A stretch of 64,000 nt of DNA from Christensenella sp. UBA3217 (GCA_002363545.1 DEWF01000001.1:173460-237459), one strand, 5' to 3'. Shown: positions 37,299 to 50,843, counted from the stretch's first letter. The notes: generated from the letters alone by a model not told the origin. Numbers and translations: made by a program.

Positions 37299-39089
37299 AT
37301 GGATAAAGAGCATATCAGGAATTTTTGTATCATAGCCCATATCGATCACGGCAAAAGTACCCTTGCCGATCGCTTGATGGACATCACCGGAACGGTACCC
37401 GAGAGGGAAGCGAAAGAGCAGCTTCTCGATAATATGGATATTGAAAGAGAGCGTGGTATCACTATTAAGCTCCAACCGGTAAGAATGTTTTACAAGTTAG
37501 ACGGAGAGGAGTATATGCTTAACCTGATCGATACGCCCGGACACGTGGACTTTACTTACGAAGTTTCCCGTTCTCTTGCCGCTTGTGAAGGGGCGGTTTT
37601 GGTTGTTGATGCCACCCAAGGCGTGGAAGCACAAACCCTCACCAACGTTTATTTGGCAATCGATAATAATTTGGAAGTGATCCCTGTGATCAATAAAGTG
37701 GACTTGCAAGGTGCGGACGTTGAGGGTACAAAAAAAGAGATAGAGGATATTATCGGTATTCCGGCAGATGATGCTCCCGCCATCAGCGCCAAAACCGGGT
37801 TGAACGTGGAAGCTGTGCTGGAAAGCATCATCTACAATCTACCTGCTGCGCGAGGGGATGAAAACGCGCCGCTTAAAGCATTGATCTTTGACTCTGTTTA
37901 CGATAATTACAAAGGCGCTATCAGCTTTATTCGTGTGCTGGATGGCTCCGTTAAGGTGGGGGATAAGATCAAAATGTTCAGCACGGGCAAGGTGTTTGAC
38001 GTGACGGAAGTGGGTGTGTTTACTCCTAAAATGCTTCCCGTTAAGCAGCTTTCCGCGGGCGAGGTTGGGTATCTTGCCGCCAGTATTAAAAACGTTTCGG
38101 ATACAGCCGTTGGTGATACCATCACTCTTGCCGAAGGGGGCACCAAGGAGCCTTTCCCCGGCTATAAAGCGGTAAAGCCCGTTGTATTTGCCGGTATTTT
38201 CCCTGCGGACGGCAGTAAATACACTGAACTGCGCGAAGCCCTTGAAAAGTTAAAATTGAATGACGCTTCTTTGTTCTTTGAGCCGGACGTTTCGGCGGCG
38301 CTCGGTTTCGGTTTCCGTTGCGGCTTTCTCGGACTTCTTCATATGGAGATCATTGAGGAACGCTTGGAGCGCGAATTCAATATTGACCTTGTGACCACGG
38401 CGCCCAGCGTTTCCTATCGCGTTTATAAACACGGTGGTGAAATGCTCAACGTGGATAATCCTTCTCACTTGCCATCTCCTTCCGAGATCGATTATATGGA
38501 AGAACCCATTGTGCGCGCAACGCTGTTTACGCCGCCCGAGTACGTGGGGCCTATCATGGAACTTTGTCAGGGGAAGCGAGGGACTTTCCTTGATATGAGT
38601 TATGTGGATACTTCCCGCGCAAAACTCACCTATGATATTCCGCTTGCCGAGATCGTGTACGACTTTTTCGACGATCTGAAATCGCGCACGCGCGGCTATG
38701 CCAGTATGGACTACGAGATCGTTGGCTTCCAAAAGAGTGAACTTGTAAAGCTGGATATCATGCTGAACGGGGAGATCTGCGACGCGCTATCCTTGATCGT
38801 GCATAAGGATGATGCGTACGGCAGGGGCAGGGGTATTGCCGAAAAGCTGAAAGAAGTGATCCCGCGGCAAATGTTTGAGATCCCCATTCAGGCTTGCGTG
38901 GGCGGAAAGGTCATTGCGCGTGAAACGGTAAAAGCCATGCGTAAAGACGTTTTGGCAAAGTGCTACGGCGGTGATATCACACGTAAAAAGAAGTTGCTTG
39001 AAAAACAAAAGGAAGGCAAAAAGCGCATGCGGCAGGTGGGAAGCGTTTCCTTGCCCAGTGAGGCGTTTATGTCTATTTTGAAGCGTTGA
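37299..39089 (+). CDS. lepA: translation elongation factor 4 LepA
   Basis: [47 protein letters not shown]. Confidence 0.98.
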   Translation: MDKEHIRNFCIIAHIDHGKSTLADRLMDITGTVPEREAKEQLLDNMDIERERGITIKLQPVRMFYKLDGEEYMLNLIDTPGHVDFTYEVSRSLAACEGAVLVVDATQGVEAQTLTNVYLAIDNNLEVIPVINKVDLQGADVEGTKKEIEDIIGIPADDAPAISAKTGLNVEAVLESIIYNLPAARGDENAPLKALIFDSVYDNYKGAISFIRVLDGSVKVGDKIKMFSTGKVFDVTEVGVFTPKMLPVKQLSAGEVGYLAASIKNVSDTAVGDTITLAEGGTKEPFPGYKAVKPVVFAGIFPADGSKYTELREALEKLKLNDASLFFEPDVSAALGFGFRCGFLGLLHMEIIEERLEREFNIDLVTTAPSVSYRVYKHGGEMLNVDNPSHLPSPSEIDYMEEPIVRATLFTPPEYVGPIMELCQGKRGTFLDMSYVDTSRAKLTYDIPLAEIVYDFFDDLKSRTRGYASMDYEIVGFQKSELVKLDIMLNGEICDALSLIVHKDDAYGRGRGIAEKLKEVIPRQMFEIPIQACVGGKVIARETVKAMRKDVLAKCYGGDITRKKKLLEKQKEGKKRMRQVGSVSLPSEAFMSILKR

Positions 39090-40216
39090 AAGACTGTTCC
39101 CGCGATTTTTCGCTTTATATCCATATCCCTTTTTGTGTTTCCAAATGTGCGTATTGTGATTTTTTGTCCTTTGCGGATTCTTCCTGCATGGCTTCTTATA
39201 TGGATGCACTTTGCCGTCAGATTCGCGCTGCGGGAGTAAAAGAAAAGCGCAAGGTGAGCGCGATTTATGTGGGTGGCGGCACTCCCTCTTTGGCTTACAA
39301 GCACTTTGGTGATCTGAAAAAGGCGATCAGTGATGCGTTTTTTGTGGAAAAGGATGCGGAGATCAGCATGGAGTGTAATCCTGAGAGCGTGACACCCGCC
39401 TTTATAGACGCAGCACAATGCTTTGGTGTGAATCGTGTGAGTGTTGGCGTGCAAACGCTATCCGACGCTCTTTTGAAAAAAATCGGTCGAGCGCACGATC
39501 GCACGCAAGCAATCAACGCGTTGGATAAGCTAACGAAAGTTTTTCCTGCCGTAAGTGCGGACGTAATGATTGGGCTTCCCGGGCAAACGATGGAAAACTT
39601 GCAAGAGTCCCTTGACAGGCTCCTAACATATCCCTTAAAACACCTATCTTGTTATAGTTTGATCTTGGAAGAAGGCACGCCGCTTTTTGAGGCCTATAAG
39701 CACGGTGAATTTGTGTCTGACGACGATTTTGCCGTGGATCTATACGATGAGGCCTGTATGCGTCTTGCGGCAAACGGTTTTTCTCGTTATGAGATAAGCA
39801 ACTTTTGCAAAGATGACTGCGTCTGCCGCTATAACACCTCTGTTTGGCAGTATGCGGATTATCTTGGTTTGGGGCTTGGAGCTTCTTCTTTTTTGAAAAA
39901 AGAGGGCGGCGCAACCTTCCGGCGCACCCGCAATACCGCTTGCATGTCGGATTATCTGTCTGATCCGTCCCTTGCGGAAGAAACTCTTGAAATTTCTTTG
40001 GAAGAAGGGCAAAAAGAGTTTATAATGCTGGGACTGCGTTTGTCTTGCGGTATAGATCTCGTTCGCTTCCGAGAGATCTTTGGCGTTGATTTTTTGAGTA
40101 ATTACGGAGAAAAACTTTCAAAAGTAAAGCAGTATTTTTGTATAGAAAAAAATCATCTATCTATTTTACCGCAGCATTTATATATTTCTAATTCGTTAAT
40201 AAATTCTTTAATTTAA
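39086..40216 (+). CDS. hemW: radical SAM heme chaperone HemW
   Basis: [26 protein letters not shown]; located between lepA and hrcA. Confidence 0.9.
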   Translation: MKDCSRDFSLYIHIPFCVSKCAYCDFLSFADSSCMASYMDALCRQIRAAGVKEKRKVSAIYVGGGTPSLAYKHFGDLKKAISDAFFVEKDAEISMECNPESVTPAFIDAAQCFGVNRVSVGVQTLSDALLKKIGRAHDRTQAINALDKLTKVFPAVSADVMIGLPGQTMENLQESLDRLLTYPLKHLSCYSLILEEGTPLFEAYKHGEFVSDDDFAVDLYDEACMRLAANGFSRYEISNFCKDDCVCRYNTSVWQYADYLGLGLGASSFLKKEGGATFRRTRNTACMSDYLSDPSLAEETLEISLEEGQKEFIMLGLRLSCGIDLVRFREIFGVDFLSNYGEKLSKVKQYFCIEKNHLSILPQHLYISNSLINSLI

Positions 40217-40287
40217 ATCGTTTATCCTATTATTTTGAGGTTGCACGGATTTTTTTTCGTTTTTTTTATAAAAATGGCATAAAACTC

Positions 40288-40344
40288 TTGACATTGGCAA
40301 ATAATGGTGGTAGAGTGTTAGCAGTCAAGGGTTGTGAGTGCTAA
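40288..40344 (+). promoter_or_regulatory. sigmaA promoter and CIRCE operator of the hrcA-dnaK operon
   Basis: TTGACA-17-TAGAGT followed by TTAGCAGTC-N9-GAGTGCTAA (40318-40344). Confidence 0.93.
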
Positions 40345-40398
40345 CAAACAACAAGCACAACTGCCAATCGATGGAATTCGGTAAAAGGAGGTAAGGAT

Positions 40399-41448
40399 AT
40401 GGAGCTTTCTGCAAGGAAGAGAAAAATACTCGGACTCTTGGTGGAGCGCTATATTAAAACCGCCGAACCCGTTTCCAGCGGAGAGATAAAAACTTTGTAC
40501 GGGGAAGAGATCAGTTCCGCAACCATTCGCAGCGAACTTGCTTCTTTGGAAGAGCTTGGCTATCTTGTACAACCGCACGTATCGGCAGGGCGCATCCCCA
40601 CCGAGCCTGCATACAAGCTTTACGTGGAAAACGTGCTTGCAGGCGAAAAGAAAGAGATCCGGGTGGCGGGTGTGAGAGATTACCTCGGTAAAAAGATCGT
40701 TGAGATCGAAGACGTGGTAAGAAACACCGCAAGAGTGATCAGTGACGCCACCAATTACACGAGCGTGATCGTGATCAAAAATACCGATGATATCCGTATC
40801 CGTGAGGTAAAACTTGTGGAAGTGGACGCGGGAAAAGCCCTTGTGGTGATCATTACGGACAGCGGCGTGATCAAGGATAATATTATTGAGATCCCCGTGA
40901 ATATGGGCAGCGGTTATATTGCCGCCGCAAATAACGTGGTGAATGACCTTTTCTCCGGCAAGACGCTCATGGATATCAAGTCAAGCCAAATGAACATTGA
41001 CGGTGAAATGCTTCAATACCACGACATTTTCGATAAGATTATCAACCTTCTTGAAGAATATGCTTCGGGTAGACACAATAAAGTGTTTGTTGAAGGCACG
41101 AGCAAGATGTTCCACCATCCGGAGTTTTCCGAAATGTCCAATGCACAGGAGTTTATCAAACTCTTGGATGAAAAGGATAAGCTAGGTGAACTCATGACGA
41201 ATGATGGGGATATTGAGCTTTCGGTCAGAATAGGGAAACCCGACGGACTGAACGGCAATTGCTCAATGGTGACCGCGCGTTATTCGATTGGCGGTGCCGA
41301 GATCGGCAAAGCGGGTGTGATCGGTCCGGAAAGAATGGATTATGACAAAGTGGTCAGCGTTCTCCAATACATCCAAAAGGTGTTTAACGGAGAGGACGAG
41401 ATGAAGGAAAAGGAGAAGAAAAATGGCGAAATCCGCACACGAAAATAA
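40399..41448 (+). CDS. hrcA: heat-inducible transcription repressor HrcA
   Basis: YIKTAEPVSS, SSATIR.E...LE..GYL.QPH.SAGRIPT, GVIGPERMDY; CIRCE upstream. Confidence 0.95.
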   Translation: MELSARKRKILGLLVERYIKTAEPVSSGEIKTLYGEEISSATIRSELASLEELGYLVQPHVSAGRIPTEPAYKLYVENVLAGEKKEIRVAGVRDYLGKKIVEIEDVVRNTARVISDATNYTSVIVIKNTDDIRIREVKLVEVDAGKALVVIITDSGVIKDNIIEIPVNMGSGYIAAANNVVNDLFSGKTLMDIKSSQMNIDGEMLQYHDIFDKIINLLEEYASGRHNKVFVEGTSKMFHHPEFSEMSNAQEFIKLLDEKDKLGELMTNDGDIELSVRIGKPDGLNGNCSMVTARYSIGGAEIGKAGVIGPERMDYDKVVSVLQYIQKVFNGEDEMKEKEKKNGEIRTRK

Positions 41449-41977
41449 GAAAAAAGAGAATGCGTCCGAAGAAGAAGTGATCTCTTTTGAAACCGACTCC
41501 ACCATCCGCGAAGAGGAACCCAAGAAAAACCCCGAAGCGGATGCGCTCAGAGAGGAGCTGAAAAAGGAAAAAGACGATTATTTAAGGCTACGCGCCGATT
41601 ACGAGAACTTTCGCCGCCGCAATCAAGAAGCAACGGTGAACGCTCGTAGGGAAGGCGCGGCAGACGCCGTGGAAGCGATCCTTCCCGCAATCGATTCGAT
41701 AGATCGTGCACTTGGTATCTGCTCGGATGAAAAGGCAAAAGAGGGTATCCTGCTTATCAAAAAGCAAATTGAAACATCTCTTTCGCAAATAGGCGTGACC
41801 GAGATCCCCGCAGAAGGACAGCCTTTCGATCATAACCTCCACAATGCGGTACAACGTTCCGAGGTGGAAGAAGAGAGCGTGGGAAAGGTTTTGGAAGTGT
41901 ACCAACGCGGCTACAAGATCGGCAACAAAGTCATTCGATACGCCATGGTAAAAGTGGGCGTTGAAAAGAGCGAATAA
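41423..41977 (+). CDS. grpE: nucleotide exchange factor GrpE
   Basis: LRLRADYENFRRR, FDHNLHNA, QRGY.....IR.AMV.V. Confidence 0.95.
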   Translation: MAKSAHENKKKENASEEEVISFETDSTIREEEPKKNPEADALREELKKEKDDYLRLRADYENFRRRNQEATVNARREGAADAVEAILPAIDSIDRALGICSDEKAKEGILLIKKQIETSLSQIGVTEIPAEGQPFDHNLHNAVQRSEVEEESVGKVLEVYQRGYKIGNKVIRYAMVKVGVEKSE

Positions 41978-42039
41978 GCAAATAAGGATAAAAGTTTTAT
42001 CCTTCAAATACACAATCACCGAGGCAGTGCCTCAAATAA

Positions 42040-43869
<1,830 letters not shown>

Positions 43870-43944
43870 TGCTTCTTTATGCAGGGAGGGGTGACCCTCT
43901 CTGCATCTTTCAAATACATTACGTTAGTGTAAGACAAGGAAATT

Positions 43945-45090
43945 ATGGCAGAAAAATTTAATTACTACGAAGTTTTGGGTGTGGATAAAAACGCGGGGGA
44001 CGATGAGATCAAGTCCGCCTATCGCAGGATGGCAAAAAAGTACCATCCCGATCTTTATTCTACCAAGCCCGAAGCAGAAAAGAAAGCAGCGGAAGAGCAG
44101 TTTAAGAAGATCAATCACGCTTATGACGTTCTTTCCGATAAGCAAAAGAGAGCCGCATACGATCAATACGGTGATGAAAACGGTCCCATGGGAGGCGGCT
44201 TTGGCGGAGGCGGTGCCGGCGCACAAGGCTTTGGTGATTTTGACAGTTTCTTTGGGGACTTTTTCAGCGCCTTTACGGGCGGGGGCAGAAGATCCGCTCG
44301 TCCGAATGGCAGGATAGACGGTGACGATATAACCATCACCATCACCATTGACTTTATGGAAGCGGTTAGGGGCGTGCAAAAGGATATTCCCATTACTCGC
44401 CAAGAACAATGTGCGGATTGCCGCGGAACAGGCGCAAAAAGCGGTACTGCTTATAAAAGTTGTGCAAGATGCGGCGGAACGGGTAGGGTGACCACCCGTC
44501 AAAATACCATCTTCGGCCAGCAAGTGGTGCAAAGCGTATGTCCCGATTGTCGCGGTACGGGTAGGATCATCACGGACGGTTGCAAAGCCTGTGGCGGAAA
44601 GGGCACCATTAAACGCTCTCGCATCATTCATGCAAATATTCCTGCCGGCATTGATAACGGGCAGATGATCACCTTCTCCAATGAAGGAAACTGCGGAAAG
44701 AACGGCGGCGCAAACGGTAATTTGATCTTGATCGTAAACGTCAGACCGCACCCGCTTTTCAAGAGAAAGGGATACGATATTTACTTTGATGTGCCTATCT
44801 CTTATACTACCGCTGCAATGGGCGGAGAGATCGAGGTGCCTACCTTGGACGGTGTTGCAAAATATAAGGTGTCGGAAGGGACGCAAACAGGTACATTGTG
44901 CCGTTTATCCGGCAAGGGTGTGAAGCGTTTGAACAGTGAAATGCACGGAGATATCTACTTTACGGTGCAGGTGCAAACGCCCACGGGACTTACTCGTCAG
45001 CAAAAGGAGCTTTTGACCCAATTTGACGCGTCATTGACCGCAAATCAATCTCCCAAGCAGAAGAAGTTTGCCGAGTACTTGAAAAAATGA
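43945..45090 (+). CDS. dnaJ: chaperone DnaJ
   Basis: J-domain HPD, G/F region, four CxxCxGxG repeats. Confidence 0.97.
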   Translation: MAEKFNYYEVLGVDKNAGDDEIKSAYRRMAKKYHPDLYSTKPEAEKKAAEEQFKKINHAYDVLSDKQKRAAYDQYGDENGPMGGGFGGGGAGAQGFGDFDSFFGDFFSAFTGGGRRSARPNGRIDGDDITITITIDFMEAVRGVQKDIPITRQEQCADCRGTGAKSGTAYKSCARCGGTGRVTTRQNTIFGQQVVQSVCPDCRGTGRIITDGCKACGGKGTIKRSRIIHANIPAGIDNGQMITFSNEGNCGKNGGANGNLILIVNVRPHPLFKRKGYDIYFDVPISYTTAAMGGEIEVPTLDGVAKYKVSEGTQTGTLCRLSGKGVKRLNSEMHGDIYFTVQVQTPTGLTRQQKELLTQFDASLTANQSPKQKKFAEYLKK

Positions 45091-45995
45091 TTAAGATCAC
45101 TTGTAAAACCACACACGAAGGGTCGGAAATCGTTGCAGATCTTCTGTACGATTATTCTCGGTCCGGCGTTGTGGTGGAAGACGCCGGAGATTTGGCGGAA
45201 CTTTGGAATTCAACCTTGGTTTGGGATTATGTGGAAGAAAGCGTTTTGAACCGCCCCAAAGAAGTAACTGTAATTGCATATTACGATGGAGATTATTCGG
45301 AAATATCCGAAGAATTGCAAAGCAGGATAGAACTTTTGAAAAAAGAATGTCCCTTCGTTTGTCCCTTGCACCTTACCGTTTCCGAGGTGAAACAAGAGGA
45401 CTGGACGGAAAATTGGAAAAAGTTTTATAAGATCATCGAAGTGGGAGATCTTCAAGTGGTTCCCGTATGGAAGAAAGAGGAAGCCACAGGAGAAAAGGTC
45501 GTACTGATCAATCCGGGATCCGCTTTTGGAACGGGGGAACATGAAAGCACGAGGCTTTGCCTTTCTTTAATGCGAGAATTGGATCTTTCGGGGAAGAATG
45601 TGATCGATACGGGGTGCGGCAGCGGTATTTTGGGGATAGCGGCTTTACGATCGGGCGCTAAACAATGCCTGTTTCGCGATATAGACGAATCCGCTCTTAA
45701 CAATCTTCGTGAAAACCTTGCGCTTAATCAAATGGATGCGAAGGTGGAATGCGCATCCTTGTTAGAAGGCATTACCGAAGAGGCGGACGTGGTATTTGCC
45801 AATATTACCGCAGATATCCTCTCAAAAATGAAAAACGCAGGAGAGGTTGTGAAAAAGGGCGGGTATCTCGTAATGAGTGGGATCATTGATAAATATGAAT
45901 TACCGCTTTTGGAACTTTATCAAAACATGGGCTTCCGCTTGATAAAACGAGAAACAGATGGCATTTGGGTCGGTTTATTGATGCAAAAAGCTTGA
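45087..45995 (+). CDS. prmA: 50S ribosomal protein L11 methyltransferase
   Basis: EDW...WKK, PGSAFGTG.H.ST, DTGCGSGIL, ANI.A, SGII. Confidence 0.93.
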   Translation: MIKITCKTTHEGSEIVADLLYDYSRSGVVVEDAGDLAELWNSTLVWDYVEESVLNRPKEVTVIAYYDGDYSEISEELQSRIELLKKECPFVCPLHLTVSEVKQEDWTENWKKFYKIIEVGDLQVVPVWKKEEATGEKVVLINPGSAFGTGEHESTRLCLSLMRELDLSGKNVIDTGCGSGILGIAALRSGAKQCLFRDIDESALNNLRENLALNQMDAKVECASLLEGITEEADVVFANITADILSKMKNAGEVVKKGGYLVMSGIIDKYELPLLELYQNMGFRLIKRETDGIWVGLLMQKA

Positions 45996-46071
45996 AATGG
46001 CGGAGAATTCTCCGCTTTTTCTTTTCTTTCAAATTATTGCTAAAAAGCAATAAATGCTCTATAATGAACGT

Positions 46072-46809
46072 ATGGAGATCAAAAGATTTTTCGTTGATAG
46101 GTCCAACAGGATCGCTGTTGGACAAAAAATCGAGATATCGGGTGACGAGTTTGTGCATGCCGTGAAGGTTTCCCATTATAAAGTGGGGTATAAGCTGATC
46201 CTTTCAAATGGTGACGGCATGGATTACTTTTGCACGATCACGGAAGTTGGCAAGTGTTCTTTCGTTTGCGTGGTAGAGGATGCTTCCCGCAATATGAACG
46301 AACTCAGCCGTCCTCTCATTTTGTTTCTTTGCGCCATTGAAAAGAGTGATATTGCCGTACAAAAAGCAACGGAGATAGGCGCGGCGGAAGTGCACTTAAT
46401 GATCTCTCAATTTACCAACGCTAAGGTGCAAAATATGGATCGTTTGCACAAGATCGCACTGGAATCGGCAAAGCAATGCGGCAGAGCAGTGGTTCCTGAG
46501 ATCTTTCCGCCAATTCCTTACGAGCAAGCCATTCGCGAGGCAACAAATAGGTGTGGGCAAACGGTTTTTTGTTATGAGTGTGCAAAAGAGAATCATATCC
46601 ACGATGTTTTTGACAAAAAGGCCGAGTCTTATGCCTTAATAGTAGGGAGTGAAGGCGGTTTTTCGGAAGAAGAAGTGCAGTTGGCGCATTCGTTAGGCGC
46701 AAAGACAGTCACCTTGGGAAAGCGCATTTTACGTGCCGAAACGGCGTGCATAGCGGGGCTTACCTTGCTTGCGGATGAAATGGAGCGTTATGAAAACAGC
46801 GGTAATTAA
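46072..46809 (+). CDS. rsmE: 16S rRNA m3U1498 methyltransferase RsmE
   Basis: QKATEIG, ESAKQCGR, VGSEGGF, LGKRILRAETA; ATG 46072 six nt after TATAAT. Confidence 0.93.
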   Translation: MEIKRFFVDRSNRIAVGQKIEISGDEFVHAVKVSHYKVGYKLILSNGDGMDYFCTITEVGKCSFVCVVEDASRNMNELSRPLILFLCAIEKSDIAVQKATEIGAAEVHLMISQFTNAKVQNMDRLHKIALESAKQCGRAVVPEIFPPIPYEQAIREATNRCGQTVFCYECAKENHIHDVFDKKAESYALIVGSEGGFSEEEVQLAHSLGAKTVTLGKRILRAETACIAGLTLLADEMERYENSGN

Positions 46810-48022
46810 TATCGGGTGTAAAGTAAATCAATGCGAGTGTGACAGCCTGATGACGGGATTATTGGCACGCGGTCACGAAGTGACGGATGAACTTGTTTTT
46901 GCCGATAATTACGTGATCAATACTTGCGCCGTTACCAAAGAGGCGGAACGCAAATCTCGTCAATTTGTCGGAAAGGTAAAAAAGATCAATCCCCGAGCAC
47001 GTGTTTTCGTGATCGGTTGTGCTTCGGAAAAGAATTTTGAGCAATTCTCCTTAAAAGGGGTACAATATATCTCCGGTACAGCCAAAAAGGACGCCGTTTT
47101 GGAGATGGTTGACGGGGTGCATATCGAACCCCTACCCACTCAGTATGAAAGCATGCCTCTTGGCACGAATTTTCGCGCGCGAGCTTACGTAAAAATAGAG
47201 GACGGATGCAACAATTTCTGTTCTTATTGCATCATTCCTTACCTTCGTGGCAGATGCCGTTCCCGTTCGGTCGAGAGCATTTTGGAAGAATGTAAGAAGG
47301 CAAGCGAGAACACCGATGAGATCGTTTTGACCGGCATTAACATCTCTTGCTATGGCGCAGATATCGGCACTTCGCTTTCGGAGTTGATACTTGCTTTGGC
47401 AGAACTTCCCGTGCGCATTCGTCTTGGTAGTTTGGAAGCAAACGTGATAGATCAATCCTTCCTTGACGCGGTGATCAAGGCAGGAAACGTTTGTCCTCAT
47501 TTCCACCTTTCTTTACAAAGTGGGTCGGATGCGGTGTTAAAGAGTATGAACCGACATTATACGACAAAAGAGTTTGCCGATAAGGTGGCACTCATCCGTA
47601 CCTATTTCCCAACGGCAGCAATCACCACCGATATTATCGTTGGGTTTGCTACCGAGAGTGAGGAAAACTTTAACGAAACGCTGGCTTTCGCTAAGGAGAT
47701 CGCTTTTTCGGATATCCACGTTTTCCCTTATTCAAGAAGGTCGGGAACGGCGGCATATTCCTTGGGCGCTATTCCGGACGCCGTTATGTCCGATCGCGTG
47801 AAACGTTTGAGCGCCTTGCGTGATGAACTGAAAAAAGAGTATGAAAGTGCGTTTGTGGGATCGGTGTTACAAGTGATCCCCGAAACAAGCGATGGGATCT
47901 ACTTTGAGGGACATTCGGAAAACTACATAAAAGTGTATATACCCGACCGCGATTATACGGCGGGGAAAATAATAGAAGTCACGATCGAGGGTGAAAGACC
48001 GGACGGACTCGTGGCAAAATAG
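46790..48022 (+). CDS. mtaB: tRNA ms2t6A37 methylthiotransferase MtaB
   Basis: GCKVNQ, INTCAVT, GCNNFCSYCIIP..RG, HVFPYS.R.GT; position after rsmE. Confidence 0.9.
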   Translation: MKTAVINIGCKVNQCECDSLMTGLLARGHEVTDELVFADNYVINTCAVTKEAERKSRQFVGKVKKINPRARVFVIGCASEKNFEQFSLKGVQYISGTAKKDAVLEMVDGVHIEPLPTQYESMPLGTNFRARAYVKIEDGCNNFCSYCIIPYLRGRCRSRSVESILEECKKASENTDEIVLTGINISCYGADIGTSLSELILALAELPVRIRLGSLEANVIDQSFLDAVIKAGNVCPHFHLSLQSGSDAVLKSMNRHYTTKEFADKVALIRTYFPTAAITTDIIVGFATESEENFNETLAFAKEIAFSDIHVFPYSRRSGTAAYSLGAIPDAVMSDRVKRLSALRDELKKEYESAFVGSVLQVIPETSDGIYFEGHSENYIKVYIPDRDYTAGKIIEVTIEGERPDGLVAK

Positions 48023-48031
48023 GAGGAAAAT

Positions 48032-48370
48032 ATGGATTGTATTTTTTGTAAGATCGTAAAAGGGGAGATCCCTTCTCCTCGCGTTTATGAGGATGAGGAC
48101 TTTATCATCATTCGCGATATTGCGCCGCAAGCAAAGTATCATTATCTTGCCATTCCGAAAAAACACTTTGCGGATGTGACCGAAATGGACGCAAACGATG
48201 CAGCTTTGGTGGGGCGTATGCTCAAAAAGATCGGTGAGCTTTCCGACAGCCTTGGATTGCAGGGTGGTTTCCGTTTGGTTTCCAACAAAGGCTCGGACGC
48301 GATGCAAAGCGTGCCGCATTTGCACATTCACATTCTCGGCGGTGAAAAAATGTCGGATAAAATGTGCTGA
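48032..48370 (+). CDS. histidine triad (HIT) nucleotide-binding protein
   Basis: CIFCKI, HLHIH motif. Confidence 0.93.
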   Translation: MDCIFCKIVKGEIPSPRVYEDEDFIIIRDIAPQAKYHYLAIPKKHFADVTEMDANDAALVGRMLKKIGELSDSLGLQGGFRLVSNKGSDAMQSVPHLHIHILGGEKMSDKMC

Positions 48371-48450
48371 AATCATTGACACAAGCAAGGGAATGCTGTA
48401 AAATCTTATTCATTGAGAGTATACCGGTATCGGAAGGTAGGTGAGTAAAA

Positions 48451-48633
48451 GTGACTATCATCAAAGTTCGTGAGAATGAATCGTTGGACAGCGCGATCAG
48501 ACGTTTTAAGCGTCAATGCACCAAAGACGGTATTATCGGTGACATCAAGAAGAGAGAGGCTTACGAAAAGCCCAGCGTAAAACGCAAGAAGAAGGAAGAA
48601 GCCGCTCGCAAGAGAAAGTCTTCCAGGGACTAA
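48451..48633 (+). CDS. rpsU: 30S ribosomal protein S21
   Basis: [31 protein letters not shown]. Confidence 0.95.
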   Translation: MTIIKVRENESLDSAIRRFKRQCTKDGIIGDIKKREAYEKPSVKRKKKEEAARKRKSSRD

Positions 48634-48641
48634 GCAAAATG

Positions 48642-48670
48642 AAAGATCGAGGTTCGCCTCGATCTTTTTT
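48642..48670. terminator. terminator between rpsU and dinB
   Basis: AAAGATCGAGG-TTCG-CCTCGATCTTT. Confidence 0.82.
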
Positions 48671-48684
48671 ACTCCCGCTTTCCG

Positions 48685-49929
48685 TTATTGTCTTTTGAAA
48701 GGTTTGGATTCTTCATCGTAGTCATCTGCACTTTCTTCTTGCTTTAAGAGTGAGCCTCTTGTGATTATTCCGAATCCGTATTTATCGCGAATGCTATCTA
48801 TGCTTTGTTCCAAACGAGTGTGCTTTATGCTTTGCTCCTGTTCCGTAAAGAGGGAAGATGGCACAAAATCCCCGTTTTCTATGGGATAAATAGCCGTAAC
48901 GGTCAACGCTCGAACCGGTAATGAGTTCCCTTCGCGCCACAAAAGATCAAGTAAGTTGAGTGCGGCGTCTTTTAGGTCGGTTGCAGATGCCGTAGGGCAT
49001 GAGAGCCGCATTTGTTTTCCCGTAACGGAAAGATTGTTGTATTTCACCGAAAGATGCACGCCGCATCCTTGCATGCCGTGTTTTCGTAAACGAGTTGCCA
49101 CTCTTTCGGATAGGGCGGTGATCAAGGCGGCACATTCTTCCCGTGTGGTCAGATCGTGATCGGCGGTGCTGCCGTTTCCCACACTTTCCGGTTTTCTGCT
49201 CTCATAATACAGCTTTACAGGGTCATCATTTTCCCCGTTAGCCCATTGCTTCAAAGTGACGCCCGTTTGACCGAGTTTTGCCGTTAGGATCTTTTCATCT
49301 GCTTGGGCAAGATCTCCGATGGTGGTAATACCCACCGTTTTGAAAAAGCGGGTGGCGCTTTGACCAACCATCAAAATATCTTCCACAGGGAGAGACCAAG
49401 CTATTTGACGATAATTCTCTTGCGAAATCAACGTTTGTGCGTCCGGTTTTTTGTAATCCGAGCCGAGTTTTGCAAAAACTTTGGTAAAGGAAATGCCCAC
49501 GCTAAGCGTTAATCCAAGCTCTTCACGTGCTCTTTTGCGAATGCTTTCCGCAATATTTTCGCTTGAACCGAAAAGGGTGTGACTTCCCGATACGTCCAGC
49601 CAGCACTCGTCTAACCCAAAACTCTCAACGCGGTCAGTATAAGATGTGTATATCTCAAAGAGTGCTTTGGAATACTTAACGTAAGATGAAAAATCGGGTT
49701 TTAACAAGATCAGATCCGGGCAACGTTGCAAGGCTTCCCGAATGGTTTGTCCGGTTTTTACACCACGAGCTTTTGCTCCTTCGCTTTTTGCCAAAACGAT
49801 CCCGTGACGTTTTTCGGGGTCACCGCAAACGGCAAGGTTTTTCCCGCGCAAAGAGGGATCCTTGACAATCTCGACCGAGGCGTAAAAGTTATTCGCATCA
49901 CAATGTAAAATATCCACTTTCATATGCAT
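48685..49929 (-). CDS. dinB: Y-family DNA polymerase IV
   Basis: ILHCDANNFYASVE, FGLDECWLD, AKLGSD..KPD, little-finger domain. Confidence 0.92.
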   Translation of the reverse strand: MHMKVDILHCDANNFYASVEIVKDPSLRGKNLAVCGDPEKRHGIVLAKSEGAKARGVKTGQTIREALQRCPDLILLKPDFSSYVKYSKALFEIYTSYTDRVESFGLDECWLDVSGSHTLFGSSENIAESIRKRAREELGLTLSVGISFTKVFAKLGSDYKKPDAQTLISQENYRQIAWSLPVEDILMVGQSATRFFKTVGITTIGDLAQADEKILTAKLGQTGVTLKQWANGENDDPVKLYYESRKPESVGNGSTADHDLTTREECAALITALSERVATRLRKHGMQGCGVHLSVKYNNLSVTGKQMRLSCPTASATDLKDAALNLLDLLWREGNSLPVRALTVTAIYPIENGDFVPSSLFTEQEQSIKHTRLEQSIDSIRDKYGFGIITRGSLLKQEESADDYDEESKPFKRQ

Positions 49930-50039
49930 TCGAAAAAACCTTTTCTCTACTCATATTATAGCATGTTATTTAATAAAATTAAATAATGCATATTGATTTT
50001 TTTTGTATTGGAAGACTATAATATAAGGAGGAGAAAAGG

Positions 50040-50843
50040 ATGCGTATAAAAGCGGCGATCCTTGCTGCCGGAAAGGGGTCCAGGTTGTGCCCGTTAACTC
50101 CCTTCCTTCCCAAAGAAATGTTGCCCATCGGCGGCTTTCCCGCGATCCACCACGTTGTAAAAGAGGTGGTTGCGGTTGGCATCAACGAGCTAATGGTCAT
50201 TCTTTCGGAAGGCAAAGAAAGTGTGCGCGATTATTTTACCAAATCGCTCTTGGTAAAAGGAAATACAGCGCATGGGTTATCACGTGAACGGGATGAGCTG
50301 CTATCCTCTGTGAAGGTTCGCTTTGCCTATCAAAAAAAACTTCTCGGTACAGCGGACGCTATCTATACGGCAAGGGACTTTGCAGGGAGTGACCCATTGC
50401 TGGTGCTTTATCCGGATGATCTTCTCTCTTGGAAGGGAGAAGGGCAAAGTGCAAAGACGCTTGCGGCGTTGTGCAGCCTTGCTTGTGCGGAAGGGGTATC
50501 CTCATTGATGCTGAGAGAAGTACCGCGTGAAGACGCATCGAACTATGGGATCGTGGATCTTATGAATAAAAAAATAAATGGCTTTCCTTATATTCGGAAC
50601 ATTGTGGAAAAGCCTATCGAGTATAAAAAGAAGCATGCTTATGCAATGATCGGGCGCATGATCTTATGCACTAAGCTATTGGATCTCATTCCCGTGCTTC
50701 CACTAAACGACCACGATGGGATCATTCCCGCATTAAATCAAGAGGCAAAAGCGGAACGTCTTATCGGCGCGGTTTATAATGGACCGCATTACGATATCGG
50801 CAGTCACGAGGGATACCTTCACGCCGTGCGGTCATTTGAGTAA
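50040..50843 (+). CDS. sugar-phosphate nucleotidyltransferase (GalU-like)
   Basis: AAGKGSRL.P.T..LPKEMLP, Q..LLGTADA, PDD, IVEKP, YDIG. Confidence 0.82.
   Translation: MRIKAAILAAGKGSRLCPLTPFLPKEMLPIGGFPAIHHVVKEVVAVGINELMVILSEGKESVRDYFTKSLLVKGNTAHGLSRERDELLSSVKVRFAYQKKLLGTADAIYTARDFAGSDPLLVLYPDDLLSWKGEGQSAKTLAALCSLACAEGVSSLMLREVPREDASNYGIVDLMNKKINGFPYIRNIVEKPIEYKKKHAYAMIGRMILCTKLLDLIPVLPLNDHDGIIPALNQEAKAERLIGAVYNGPHYDIGSHEGYLHAVRSFE

Noticed and set aside
49930-49950. Possible LexA box upstream of dinB (CGAAAAAACCTTTTC)
   Set aside because: Does not match GAAC-N4-GTTC in sequence or spacing
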